A DNA stretch of 64,000 nt from an uncultured Verrucomicrobiae bacterium (GTDB lineage: Bacteria; Verrucomicrobiota; Verrucomicrobiia; Chthoniobacterales; UBA10450): assembly GCA_963824795.1 (NCBI GenBank), contig CAWGQU010000010.1, positions 1,215 to 65,214 on the forward strand. Direction: 5' to 3'. Shown in pieces: positions 1-9,429 of this stretch. The notes beneath the pieces were generated by a model. That model did not search any database. It saw only the letters and a list, made by a program, of their open reading frames with translations, and was not told the origin of the DNA. The number at the start of each line of letters is the position of its first letter. Within the stretch, counting starts at the first letter, position 1. The translations under genes were made by a program, and so were the position numbers.

Positions 1-792
1 GTCCTCTTTCTCGCCGCCTGGTTTGCCCGCCACGAAAAATCGAGCGGCAGTCTTTTGCAAGGCTTTCTGTTTCCGCTTCTGTTTGTCGGCATTTTGCTCG
101 TGCTCATTGTTTCCGAAGTAGATCTCGGAACAACGGCATTGATCGGTGCGACTACATTCGCTGTGATGTTTGTTGCCGGAACGAACCCCGGATTGCTCGG
201 TCTTCTTTCGTTAGGCGGAATCGGCGGCATTGCATTGATTGCGGCAAAAATGCCGGAACGCATGGCGCGACTCACCGCTTTCCGCGACCTCGAAGCGCAC
301 CAACAAAGCGATGGCCTTCAGCAAATGCAGGCGCTCATCGCCTGGGGCAGCGGAGGAATGGAAGGTCTCGGTCTCGGCAACGGTCGACAGAAGATGCTCT
401 ACCTTCCCTACGCACATACCGATTTCATTTTCCCGATCATCGGCGAAGAGCTCGGACTGCGCGTGAGCCTGCTCGTCGTTTTTCTATTCGTCATCATCAT
501 CGTTTGCGGAATGATGATCGCGCTGCATGCGAAGGATCGCTTTGGCCTGCTGCTCGCAACCGGCCTCGTGTCGCTGCTTGGCCTGCAGGCCGCGGTCAAT
601 ATCGGAGTGACGACTTCACTTTTGCCGAACAAGGGATTGCCATTGCCGTTCATCAGTTACGGCGGGTCGAATCTCGCGGCCTGCCTTTTCGGTGTGGGAT
701 TGCTTCTTAATATATATAGACAGGCGATTCTGGAACCAGTCGTGAACAAGAGACGCGTCGTCCTGCAAGCGCGCATCACACCAAGAATCTGA
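1..792 (+). CDS. ftsW: SEDS-family cell division protein FtsW, C-terminal part (5' end outside window)
   Basis: Frame 1 is open from base 1 (track ORF 55..792). SEDS motifs PYAHTDFIFPIIGEELG and LPNKGLPLPFISYGGS. Directly upstream of murG in a dcw-type cluster. Confidence 0.85.
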   Translation, partial: VLFLAAWFARHEKSSGSLLQGFLFPLLFVGILLVLIVSEVDLGTTALIGATTFAVMFVAGTNPGLLGLLSLGGIGGIALIAAKMPERMARLTAFRDLEAHQQSDGLQQMQALIAWGSGGMEGLGLGNGRQKMLYLPYAHTDFIFPIIGEELGLRVSLLVVFLFVIIIVCGMMIALHAKDRFGLLLATGLVSLLGLQAAVNIGVTTSLLPNKGLPLPFISYGGSNLAACLFGVGLLLNIYRQAILEPVVNKRRVVLQARITPRI

Positions 793-824
793 CCATTTAT
801 ATGCGTTCTGCATCGCGATTTATT

Positions 825-949
825 CTGGGGAGCGCACGCGCCTCGCGTGCACATTGCGGCGCCTCGCCGCAATGCGGTTTTTATCACTTCAAAACAAGTT
901 CGCGAAGGCGAGGGCGCCTTCGCCCGCACGCGGGGCGCGTGCGCTCCCC
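825..949. repeat. Family-A nested-palindrome intergenic element, copy 1 (ftsW-murG spacer)
   Basis: Outer arms CTGGGGAGCGCACGCGCCTCGCGTGC and GCACGCGGGGCGCGTGCGCTCCCC are reverse complements. Inner hairpins are ATTGCGGCG-CCT-CGCCGCAAT and GCGAAGGCG-AGGG-CGCCTTCGC. The same arms recur at 4365, 50851 and 57998. Confidence 0.9.
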
Positions 950-952
950 GGC

Positions 953-2056
953 ATGAACGCTGTTATCGCATGCGGAGGAACGGGCGGGCATTTGTTTCCC
1001 GGACTTGCTGTCGCGGAAGTGCTGCGCGGCCGCGGTCACGAAGTCATGCTTTTTATTTCCGAGAAGGAAATCGATTCGCTCGCAGTATCGACGCGCAATG
1101 AGTTTCGCCTTGAGAAACTGCCGAGTATCGGACTGCCTTCGCCGTTTTCGCCGGCGATCCTGGGATTCGTTAGGCGATTTAATGAGAGCCTGTCGCTTTG
1201 CCGCACGATTTATCGCACCTTCAAACCGAATCTCGTTTTGGGTATGGGCGGTTTTACATCGACCGCGCCGGTCATGGCGGCGCGTTTTCGTGGTGTTCCG
1301 AGTTTCATTCATGAATCGAATGCCATTCCCGGCCGTGCCAATCGCATGACAGCACGCATGGTGCGCGCTGTTCTTCTTGGCTTTAAAGAGTGCGCACAAT
1401 TTTTCCCGAAGGTCCGGACCGAAGTCACAGGCACGCCGATTCGCACGGATCTAAAGCGCATCGATCGCAAGAAAGCGCTGGAGCAACTCGGATTGCGGGA
1501 AAATTTGCAAACACTCCTTGTGATGGGCGGCAGTCAGGGCGCGACTGGAATTAATCAGGCCATTATCAAATCGATGGCGGCTTTTCGCGAGTTGCCCTTG
1601 CAGGTAATCCATCTGGCCGGCGCGCGCGACGAAACTCTGGTCGCGGACAATTATCGTCGAGAAAATATTCCGGCGTATGTCGCCGCGTTTCATCATCAAA
1701 TGGAAGCCGTTTACAGCGCGGCTGATTTTGCCATCGCGCGTTCCGGCGCGGCGAGTCTCGCCGAGCTCGCCGCTTTTTCGTTGCCGGCAATTCTAATTCC
1801 GTATCCGTTTGCGGCGGATAATCACCAGACGCGCAACGCGGAAATTTTCGCGCGCGCTGAGGCGGCCATCATTCTCAAAGAATCCGAACTTTCCGGTGAC
1901 GTGCTGGCGCGCAAAATCCGGGAATTGGTTGGCGATGCGAATAAACTACACCGCATGTCCGACAATTCTTCGCGCCTCGCTCCGAAAGATGCCGCCGATC
2001 TCGTGGTGAAGGCGATGGAAAAATATACTCAACCCGATCATGACGCGCGCACCTGA
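953..2056 (+). CDS. murG: UDP-N-acetylglucosamine--N-acetylmuramyl-(pentapeptide) pyrophosphoryl-undecaprenol GlcNAc transferase MurG
   Basis: N-terminal CGGTGGHLFPG signature and GT28 C-terminal domain. ATG at 953 is preferred over the track start at 854 because 854-949 is the family-A repeat. Confidence 0.9.
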   Translation: MNAVIACGGTGGHLFPGLAVAEVLRGRGHEVMLFISEKEIDSLAVSTRNEFRLEKLPSIGLPSPFSPAILGFVRRFNESLSLCRTIYRTFKPNLVLGMGGFTSTAPVMAARFRGVPSFIHESNAIPGRANRMTARMVRAVLLGFKECAQFFPKVRTEVTGTPIRTDLKRIDRKKALEQLGLRENLQTLLVMGGSQGATGINQAIIKSMAAFRELPLQVIHLAGARDETLVADNYRRENIPAYVAAFHHQMEAVYSAADFAIARSGAASLAELAAFSLPAILIPYPFAADNHQTRNAEIFARAEAAIILKESELSGDVLARKIRELVGDANKLHRMSDNSSRLAPKDAADLVVKAMEKYTQPDHDART

Positions 2057-4337
2057 GGCCGACCTGCAAAAAATCCTGACGCAGGAGCGGCATCGGGTTC
2101 ATCTCGTTGGCGTCGCGGGAAGCGGCATGAGCGGAATTGCTGCGCTCCTGCTCGAACTCGGGCACGAAGTCAGCGGTTCCGACAAAATCAGGAGTTTGGA
2201 GACAGACCGATTGCAGCGGCTCGGATTGCAATTTCATCGCGAACATCGCGCCGAAGATGCCAGCGCAGCCGACGTCGTCATCTATTCATCCGCGATCAAA
2301 AAGGACAATCCAATTTTAGCGAGCGCTAAAGATGGCGGAAAACTTTTGCTCCGTCGCGCCGAAGCTCTCGCCGCGATCATGCATGGGAAACGAGGAATTA
2401 TTATCGTCGGCATGCACGGAAAAACGACGACCTCGGCGATGGTGGCGCATGCTCTGCGCGAAGGCGGTTTGCATCCGTCACACTATGTTGGCGCGGAAAT
2501 TCCCATTCTCGGCACGAATGCGCACTGGGATCCGCGCGGAGAATATTTTGTGGCAGAAGGCGACGAAAGCGACGGGACGATTCGCTTTTTTCACCCGGAA
2601 CACACGCTTCTGCTCAACATCGAGGAAGAGCATCTTGATTTTTACGCGGATCTCGCGGCAATCGAATCTGTCTTCGCGCAATTGCTCGGACAAACGCGCG
2701 GCAAAATTTTCTACAGCGCCGATGATGCAAACGCGAAGCGTCTCTGCGTAAAGCGCGAGCGGTCGGTCTCGTTCGGTTTTGCGGACGACGCGGACTATCG
2801 CGGCACCGATGTGGAACTGAAGGATTTCGCTTCGGTCTTCTGCGTGTTTCGTCATGGCGAAGAATTGGGCGAAGCCATCCTGAGCGTGCCCGGCCGGCAC
2901 AATGTGAGCAATGCGCTTGGCGTGATTGCACTCGCGATGGAGTTGGGAATCTCCTTTGAAAAAATCAAGAAATCGCTCGGTCGATTTGAACACGCGCGCC
3001 GCCGTTTCGAAATTAAGTATGAAAGCGACCGCTTTCTTCTGGTCGATGATTACGGCCACCATCCCACTGAAATTCGCGCAACGTTGAACACGGCGCGGTC
3101 AATCGGCCGAAAGCGTGTCCTGACGATGTTTCAACCGCATCGTTACTCGCGCACCAAAGCGTTGAGCAAGCAATTCGGCCAGGCGTTTAATGACGCGGAA
3201 CGCGTTGTCGTGACCGATGTTTACGGCTCGAACGAGGCGCCGATTGCCGGCGTCAGCGGCAAAATGATCGCGGATGAAATTGCCGCCCAGGGTCATCGCG
3301 GAGTGAGTTATCAGCCGCGTTTGGAACTCGTGCACAGCGAAGTCGGCAACATGCTCGATTCCGGAGATCTGGTCGTTAGTCTGGGTGCGGGAAATATTCA
3401 TGAGCAACTTTCATTGCTCGCTGCCGATCTTGTTATTGCGGAAAACCTCAAGGCGATTGCCGGCGAGGAAGGCGATGTGCGTCTTTACGAACCGCTCGCA
3501 AAACACACAACATTGCGCGTTGGCGGTCCCGCGCAATTTTGGGTGGAGCCGCGCAACGAAAAGGCGTTTGGCGAATTGATTCGTTTTTGCCGGCGCGAAA
3601 ACCTTCCGCTCTTTGTCATCGGACGCGGTTCGAATTTGCTCGTGCGGGATGGTGGAATCCGCGGCGTTGTCGTTCACCCGAGCGGTGGCGATTTCGACAA
3701 AATCGAAGTGAAAGGGAACGAGATTACCGCTGGAGTTGGCGCGAAATTAAAAGAGGTCGCCTACGCGGCGAAAGCGGCGGGACTTGGCGGACTCGAGTGG
3801 ATGGAAGGAATTCCGGGCGAAGTCGGCGGCGGCCTGCGCATGAATGCTGGCGCGATGGGTTCCGAGACTTTTGCGCACGTGCTGCGAGTTCGTTATCTCG
3901 ATGGCGAAGGTGTGCCGCACGAGAAGACAGCGGACCAACTCGAAGTGCATTACCGGCACGTGCCATCGTTGGAGAAAAACTATGCGGTCTCGGCAGTCTT
4001 TCGCGGCGAGCCCGCTTCTGCCGATGAAATCAGTCGGCGTTTGGATGAATCGCAACAGAAACGTCGCACATCGCAGCCAGCGGCAAAAAGCGCCGGCTGC
4101 ATTTTCAAGAATCCTGATGGTTGTCCGGCCGGTAAACTCGTGGACGAACTCGGGTTAAAAAATCTCAGCGTTGGCAAAGCGCGTGTTTCCCAAGTGCACG
4201 GCAATTTTATCGTCAATGACGGCGGCGCGACTGCAACCGAGGTCCTGGAACTGATCTCGAAAATTCAGGAGACAGCGCGCGCGAAACGCGGAATCGAATT
4301 GCAAACCGAAGTGCAAATCGTGGGGGAAGCGGAATGA
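2040..4337 (+). CDS. murC/murB: Fused UDP-N-acetylmuramate--L-alanine ligase (MurC) / UDP-N-acetylenolpyruvoylglucosamine reductase (MurB)
   Basis: Single 765-aa ORF. The N-terminal part has Mur ligase motifs (GVAGSGMSGIA, GMHGKTTTSAM, DDYGHHPTE). From about aa 470 there are MurB motifs (LAKHTTLRVGGPAQFW, GRGSNLLVRDGG). The start overlaps the murG stop. Confidence 0.85.
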   Translation: MTRAPEADLQKILTQERHRVHLVGVAGSGMSGIAALLLELGHEVSGSDKIRSLETDRLQRLGLQFHREHRAEDASAADVVIYSSAIKKDNPILASAKDGGKLLLRRAEALAAIMHGKRGIIIVGMHGKTTTSAMVAHALREGGLHPSHYVGAEIPILGTNAHWDPRGEYFVAEGDESDGTIRFFHPEHTLLLNIEEEHLDFYADLAAIESVFAQLLGQTRGKIFYSADDANAKRLCVKRERSVSFGFADDADYRGTDVELKDFASVFCVFRHGEELGEAILSVPGRHNVSNALGVIALAMELGISFEKIKKSLGRFEHARRRFEIKYESDRFLLVDDYGHHPTEIRATLNTARSIGRKRVLTMFQPHRYSRTKALSKQFGQAFNDAERVVVTDVYGSNEAPIAGVSGKMIADEIAAQGHRGVSYQPRLELVHSEVGNMLDSGDLVVSLGAGNIHEQLSLLAADLVIAENLKAIAGEEGDVRLYEPLAKHTTLRVGGPAQFWVEPRNEKAFGELIRFCRRENLPLFVIGRGSNLLVRDGGIRGVVVHPSGGDFDKIEVKGNEITAGVGAKLKEVAYAAKAAGLGGLEWMEGIPGEVGGGLRMNAGAMGSETFAHVLRVRYLDGEGVPHEKTADQLEVHYRHVPSLEKNYAVSAVFRGEPASADEISRRLDESQQKRRTSQPAAKSAGCIFKNPDGCPAGKLVDELGLKNLSVGKARVSQVHGNFIVNDGGATATEVLELISKIQETARAKRGIELQTEVQIVGEAE

Positions 4338-4364
4338 AAGCCTGTAGGCGCACGGATGGAGGCC

Positions 4365-4490
4365 TCTGGGGAGCGCACGCGCCTCGCGTGCTGGTTGCGG
4401 CGCCTCGCCGCGACGATCCTTTTTCTCCTCCAGAAAAGTTCGCGATCGCGGGGGCGCGATCGGCCGCACGCGAGGCGCGTGCGCTCCCCA
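4365..4490. repeat. Family-A nested-palindrome element, copy 2 (murB-ddl spacer)
   Basis: Same outer arms as copy 1 and the inner GCGGCGCCTCGCCGC hairpin. It ends 8 nt before the ddl ATG. Confidence 0.9.
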
Positions 4491-4497
4491 GTAAGAC

Positions 4498-5424
4498 ATG
4501 AATATGCTCGCAGGAAAAAAGATCGCCGTCCTCATGGGTGGCCCCGGGACCGAGCGTGATGTTTCGCTCGCGACCGGTCGTGGTGTGGCGAAAGCGCTTT
4601 GCTCGTTAGGCGCAAATGTGACCGAAGTAGATGTGCGCGGTGCGGATTTTAGTTTGCCTAACGACACAGAACTCGCATTTATCTCGCTTCACGGAACGTT
4701 CGGCGAAGACGGTCAGGTCCAGCAAATTCTCGAAGATCGCGGAATTGCTTACACCGGAGAGGGAGTTGAAGGAAGCCGACTCGCCTTCGACAAAATCCGT
4801 TCGAAGGAAAAATTTCGCGAACACAACGTGACTACGCCGAACTGGCAGGTCATCAAAGCCGGACAAAATCCAACAATCCCGATTCCGATTGTCATCAAGG
4901 TGCCGCGCCAGGGATCGACGGTTGGCGTCTACATCGTAAAGTTGGAACGCGAGATCGCATCGTCACTGGAAGACGGCGCGAAATACGACTCGGAATTTTT
5001 GGTCGAGAAGTTTATTTCGGGACGCGAATTAACGATTGGGATTCTTGGCGATCAAGCGCTGCCCATTCTTGAAATCATTCCCAAAGGCGGATTTTACGAC
5101 TTCAAGAATAAGTATCCGTTTTTAAATCCAAGTGCGGGTGGCGGCGCACAGCATGTCTGTCCGGCAAACATTCCGGAAGACCAAACGCGTGCCATTCAAG
5201 ATCTCGCGCTGCGGGCCCATCGCTCGTTAGGGCTGAAAGTGTATTCACGCGTTGACGTCATTCTTCCCGAGGAGGGCGAGCCGAGTGTGCTTGAAGTCAA
5301 CACGATCCCGGGAATGACAGAAGCCAGCCTGCTCCCGGAAGCGGCAGCGGCGGCGGGAATTAGTTATGCGGATTTGTGCGCGCGCATCATCGAACTTTCT
5401 CGCGCAGCGCGACCAACAAAATGA
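4498..5424 (+). CDS. ddl: D-alanine--D-alanine ligase
   Basis: 308 aa with an ATP-grasp layout (IAVLMGGPGTERDVSL, HGTFGEDGQVQ, EVNTIPGMT). Sits in the dcw cluster. Confidence 0.9.
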   Translation: MNMLAGKKIAVLMGGPGTERDVSLATGRGVAKALCSLGANVTEVDVRGADFSLPNDTELAFISLHGTFGEDGQVQQILEDRGIAYTGEGVEGSRLAFDKIRSKEKFREHNVTTPNWQVIKAGQNPTIPIPIVIKVPRQGSTVGVYIVKLEREIASSLEDGAKYDSEFLVEKFISGRELTIGILGDQALPILEIIPKGGFYDFKNKYPFLNPSAGGGAQHVCPANIPEDQTRAIQDLALRAHRSLGLKVYSRVDVILPEEGEPSVLEVNTIPGMTEASLLPEAAAAAGISYADLCARIIELSRAARPTK

Positions 5425-6494
5425 GAACGCGCAACAAAAGAACCTCAATACGAAATCAGCGCGTTTCGAATTCGCGACAGCGCAAGCAGCAGCACTTGCT
5501 CGATGTCAAAGTGCGGTCGCGCAAAGCAACGCAGTATCGCAACCGTCGCATTCTGGTATTGCTCTCGAAAATCGTGCTCGTGTTCGCGCTCATCGTTGGC
5601 GGCTACCTCGGAGCGCAATTTGGGGCGAAGCGGCTCTTCTTTGAAAATCCCGATTACCAATTGCGCCAGATCGAAGTGCAGACCGACGGGACCTTGCAAC
5701 GCGAACAGATTCTGAAAGCCGCCGGTCTGCACGAAGGCGCAAACATCTTCAGCGTTAATCTGCAAAAGGTACACGACACATTACAGGAACTGCCGCAGGT
5801 GGACGAGGTGCAGGTGACGCGGCAAATGCCGGCGGAGATCGATATTCACATCGTCGAGCGTAAACCGATCGCCTGGATCACGAGCGAAAAGGAAGTTTCC
5901 GATCCCTTCGCTTCCGATGTCGCATTTCTCATGGATGAACGCGGCGTGCTGATGAAGGAAAAAAAATTGCTGCCGGAATATTTGGGATTGCCATTGATTA
6001 CCGGTTGCACCGGCGAGTCGTTGCAGGCGGGCGGAACAATTCAATCGTTCGAAGCGAAATCTGCGCTCGATCTTCTCCGCTTGAACATGGGCAGCTACAT
6101 GCAAACGCGTTTTCAAATTCGCGAGATCGATCTCTCGAAAGGTTACTGCCTTGTCGTGACTGATAAAAACCGCATGCAGATCACATTCGGTTTCGATCAT
6201 ATCGACACGCAATTGCGGCGGCTCGAGCAATTCCTCGTTTACTCGGACGATTCGAAACGCGAACTGCAAACGGTCAACCTGCTTGTGCAACGGAATATTC
6301 CCGTCACCTTCACGCAGCCGGCCGCCGAAGTGATCAACGAAACGATCGATCCCGAAGGCGAAGGCCCCAAAATTTTGAAAGCAACTCCGGTTCACCCTTT
6401 ACCGAAACCGACAGCGACGCCGATGCCGATCAAGAAGGCGAAAGCGGTGCCGGTAAAAAAGGCAATTCCAGTTCATCGTGGCAGAAAGGATTAA
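5421..6494 (+). CDS. ftsQ: Cell division protein FtsQ-like (single TM helix plus POTRA-type region)
   Basis: ATG at 5421 overlaps the ddl stop (ATGA). Basic N-terminus, one TM helix (ILVLLSKIVLVFALIVGGYLG), then a POTRA-like segment. Lies between ddl and ftsA. Confidence 0.75.
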   Translation: MRTRNKRTSIRNQRVSNSRQRKQQHLLDVKVRSRKATQYRNRRILVLLSKIVLVFALIVGGYLGAQFGAKRLFFENPDYQLRQIEVQTDGTLQREQILKAAGLHEGANIFSVNLQKVHDTLQELPQVDEVQVTRQMPAEIDIHIVERKPIAWITSEKEVSDPFASDVAFLMDERGVLMKEKKLLPEYLGLPLITGCTGESLQAGGTIQSFEAKSALDLLRLNMGSYMQTRFQIREIDLSKGYCLVVTDKNRMQITFGFDHIDTQLRRLEQFLVYSDDSKRELQTVNLLVQRNIPVTFTQPAAEVINETIDPEGEGPKILKATPVHPLPKPTATPMPIKKAKAVPVKKAIPVHRGRKD

Positions 6495-6499
6495 GTGTA

Positions 6500-7714
6500 A
6501 TGGCGAGCAGTGATTTGTTGGTCGGTCTTGAAATTGGCACCTCGAAGATTTGCGTGGTGGTAGGGGAGAGCCGGCCCGACGGAACGATCAAGATTCTCGG
6601 AGTGGGTCAGGCGCCATCACGCGGTGTGCGTAAGGGCGAGATCGTCGATTTCGAGACTGCGATGAAATGCGTGCACGAAGCGGTTGTCGATGCCGAACAA
6701 AAAAGCGACGTCATGATTCGCAGCGTTTACGTCGGGGTGTCCGGCTCGCACATTCAAAGCTTTAACAATCGCGGCAGCGTCTCGCTCGCGGAGGATCGCG
6801 ACGAAATTGATGAGCAGGATATCGAGGACGTGAAGGTGAGCGCGCGCGAGGTCAGCATTCCTGCGCAGAATGCGTTTCTGCACTCGATCATTCAGCATTA
6901 TCACGTCGATGGGCAGGATGGCGTGCTTAACCCGGTCGGCATGCTCGGGCAAAGATTGGAAGCGGATTTCCATATCGTGCACGGCGTGCGGACGCGCATT
7001 CAAAACACGATTCGTTGCGTGAAAGAATTGCCGCTGGAAGTGGAGGATGTTGTTTTCAACGCGCTCGCCTCCGCGCAGGTGGTGCTCACGCAACACCAAA
7101 AAAATCTCGGCTCACTCGTCATCGATATCGGCGGCGGAACGACCGATTACATTTTGTATGTCGACGGCGCCGTGCGGCAGAGCGGCTGTCTCGCCGTCGG
7201 TGGCGATCACATCACGAACGACATTTCCATGGGATTGCGCATTCCGATGGCGCGGGCGGAGCGGCTGAAAATCGAAGAAGGCAGCGTCACTCTGGGAAAT
7301 TGTTTGCCTGGGGAGACGGTTTTACTGAAAGACGATTCCGGTTTTGCGGGGAAAGAAATCGAGCGCGAGACGCTCAACACGATCATTCATCTGCGCTTGC
7401 GTGAAACGTTCGAACTGCTCAAGCGTCAGATCGAAGAGGAATCGTTTATCAATTACATCGGCGAAGGAATTTTTATCACCGGTGGATGCAGTCATCTGCG
7501 TGGGATCGATCATCTCGCGGGAGATATTTTCGAGTTGCCGGCCCGCGTTTCGCACGCGCAAACCATGTCCGGCCTAACGAGTGCATTTGAAAATCCGCAA
7601 TTCTCGACGGCCATCGGTTTGATCAAATACGCACAGGCCGTGCAGTCGGATCGCGGCCGCCCACGACGCGGCTTCGGCCGAATCTTCGGCAGAATTTTCA
7701 ACGGTATGCGATGA
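6500..7714 (+). CDS. ftsA: Cell division protein FtsA
   Basis: 404 aa of the actin/HSP70 fold (LVGLEIGTSKICVVVGE, VIDIGGGTTD) with an amphipathic C-terminal tail. Confidence 0.9.
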   Translation: MASSDLLVGLEIGTSKICVVVGESRPDGTIKILGVGQAPSRGVRKGEIVDFETAMKCVHEAVVDAEQKSDVMIRSVYVGVSGSHIQSFNNRGSVSLAEDRDEIDEQDIEDVKVSAREVSIPAQNAFLHSIIQHYHVDGQDGVLNPVGMLGQRLEADFHIVHGVRTRIQNTIRCVKELPLEVEDVVFNALASAQVVLTQHQKNLGSLVIDIGGGTTDYILYVDGAVRQSGCLAVGGDHITNDISMGLRIPMARAERLKIEEGSVTLGNCLPGETVLLKDDSGFAGKEIERETLNTIIHLRLRETFELLKRQIEEESFINYIGEGIFITGGCSHLRGIDHLAGDIFELPARVSHAQTMSGLTSAFENPQFSTAIGLIKYAQAVQSDRGRPRRGFGRIFGRIFNGMR

Positions 7715-7741
7715 AAGAATACAGATGCAACTCCGCTATGC

Positions 7742-7823
7742 TGTCATCCCGAGCGAACGCGAGGGGCCTCACGAAAAACTCCAGATGATCTTCGTGAGGT
7801 CCTTCGCTGCGCTCAGGATGACA
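7742..7823. repeat. Family-B ~80-bp palindromic element, copy 1 (ftsA-ftsZ spacer)
   Basis: TGTCATCCCGAGCGAACGCGAGGGGCCTCACG ... CGTGAGGTCCTTCGCTGCGCTCAGGATGACA. The arms pair along their full length. Related copies are listed below. Confidence 0.9.
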
Positions 7824-7869
7824 GCAATTTGTGCGGCAAGAAATTTTTGAAAACAGAAAGCAAAAATAA

Positions 7870-9294
7870 ATGATTCAGCTCAGCAAAAATTACAGTCTTC
7901 CCGAACGCGAAGAGGAAATCATTCCAATGAAGGTCGTCGGCGTGGGCGGCGCGGGGTCTAATGCCCTCGATCGCATCGTGCTCGACGGATTAGACAAAGC
8001 CGATCACATCGCGATCAACACCGATGTGCAATCGCTCGCCAGTTCGGTCGCCGCAGGCAAAGTGCAGCTCGGTCGAAGTGTGACGCGCGGGCTCGGTGCC
8101 GGTGGCGATCCGGAACTTGGTTACGAGGCGGCGGCCGAATCCAAGGACGAGATCCGTCAGGCTCTCGCCGGCGCACGCATGGTTTTCATTTGTGCGGGTC
8201 TTGGTGGCGGAACGGGCTCGGGGGCCGCGCCGCTCGTCGCCGAAATCGCTCGCGAAGCAGGTTCGCTTGTCGTTGGTCTGGCGACGCTTCCATTTTCATT
8301 TGAAGGGCGTCGGCGCGCGATTCAGGCGCAAGAAGCGCTCGAGCGATTCAATCAATCCGCTGATGCCGTGATTTGTTTCGAGAACGATCGCATGGGTGAC
8401 ATGGTCGCGCCGCGCGCGGGAATTCATCAGGCATTCGCGGTCGCCGATAACACGATCAGTCAAAGCGTTCGCTCGATTGTGAATTTGATCCAACGACCGG
8501 GACTCATTCGCATCGGCTTCGACGATTTGCTTGCCGCATTGCGCACGCGAAACGGTCGCTGTCTGTTCGGTTTCGGCGAATCGGAATCCGACAATCGCGC
8601 GCATGAAGCGCTCACGCAGGCTTTGAAGAATCCACTCATGGATCGCGGCCGCATGCTGGCGGACGCGGCGCATGTGCTCGTGCAAATCGCAGGTGGTCCC
8701 GGCATGACGTTGTCGGAAGTGGAAATTTTGATGAAGGAACTCGGCCGTCACATCAGCGATCACACGCAGATTTTTTTCGGCACGGCAGTCGATAGCAGAA
8801 TGGGGAATCGACTCAGCGTGACGCTGATCAGCTCGCTATCCCCCGATGGCGCCGTCGCAGAACCGCCAAAGAAAGCGTTTGTGCCGGCCGCGATCGAAAC
8901 GCCCGCTGCACCGCCGACGCCCCCGATTTGGGAACAGCAGGAAGAGCCGGCACCAGTCGCTCACGTTTCAACGGAAGAACACGAAGAAGAAGCTCCGCCG
9001 CCGGCAACCGAATTTGCCGAGTTCGCAAAATTGGATCCTGAACCGGAAATTGAGATTGAAGCGGAAGCACCGGTGGAGGAAGTCGCGCCGCCGCCGGTTC
9101 CTGTTTCGACCAAGAAGAAACTGATTCTGCCAAAGGAGCCGAAGCCGCCGGTGGAAAAGAAATTCGCTAAGCAGGAAGTGTTGCAGTTTGAGCCGGTGAC
9201 GCGCGGCCGCTTTGAAAAAAGCGAGCCGACCATTGTCGAAGGTCAGGATCTTGATGTGCCGACTTTCCTGCGCAAAAACGTGCGCGTGAAGTGA
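7870..9294 (+). CDS. ftsZ: Cell division GTPase FtsZ with a long Pro/Glu-rich linker
   Basis: GVGGAGSNA and GLGGGTGSGAAP tubulin signature. About 130-aa P/E-rich linker. Conserved C-terminal peptide DLDVPTFLRK. An alternative start at 7927 is possible. Confidence 0.95.
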   Translation: MIQLSKNYSLPEREEEIIPMKVVGVGGAGSNALDRIVLDGLDKADHIAINTDVQSLASSVAAGKVQLGRSVTRGLGAGGDPELGYEAAAESKDEIRQALAGARMVFICAGLGGGTGSGAAPLVAEIAREAGSLVVGLATLPFSFEGRRRAIQAQEALERFNQSADAVICFENDRMGDMVAPRAGIHQAFAVADNTISQSVRSIVNLIQRPGLIRIGFDDLLAALRTRNGRCLFGFGESESDNRAHEALTQALKNPLMDRGRMLADAAHVLVQIAGGPGMTLSEVEILMKELGRHISDHTQIFFGTAVDSRMGNRLSVTLISSLSPDGAVAEPPKKAFVPAAIETPAAPPTPPIWEQQEEPAPVAHVSTEEHEEEAPPPATEFAEFAKLDPEPEIEIEAEAPVEEVAPPPVPVSTKKKLILPKEPKPPVEKKFAKQEVLQFEPVTRGRFEKSEPTIVEGQDLDVPTFLRKNVRVK

Positions 9295-9312
9295 CGCTCG
9301 CTCAACGCGCGT

Positions 9313-9419
9313 TGTCATCCTGAGCGAAGCGAAGGATCCCGCGATCTGGTTCGCGCGCACTTTGTTAAGCGACGTTGCTCCTGCTGTCGTGAGGTCCCTC
9401 GCTTACGCTCGGGGTGACC
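9313..9419. repeat. Family-B palindromic element, copy 2 (long loop), between convergent ftsZ and the M20 gene
   Basis: TGTCATCCTGAGCGAAGCGAAGGATCCC ... GTGAGGTCCCTCGCTTACGCTCGGGGTGAC. Confidence 0.85.
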
Positions 9420-9429
9420 GAGCAAAAAA

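Noticed and set aside
854-952. N-terminal extension of murG, and small ORFs over the family-A repeats (e.g. 847..1101, 4356..4559, 50774..51001, 57978..58238)
   Set aside because: Their translations (..WGAHAPRV..AAPRRN..) are simply the repeat read in frame, and they recur wherever the repeat occurs.
8830-9130. Repetitive-looking region inside ftsZ
   Set aside because: It is the Pro/Glu-rich low-complexity linker of FtsZ. It is in frame and followed by the conserved C-terminal peptide, so it is not a DNA repeat array.
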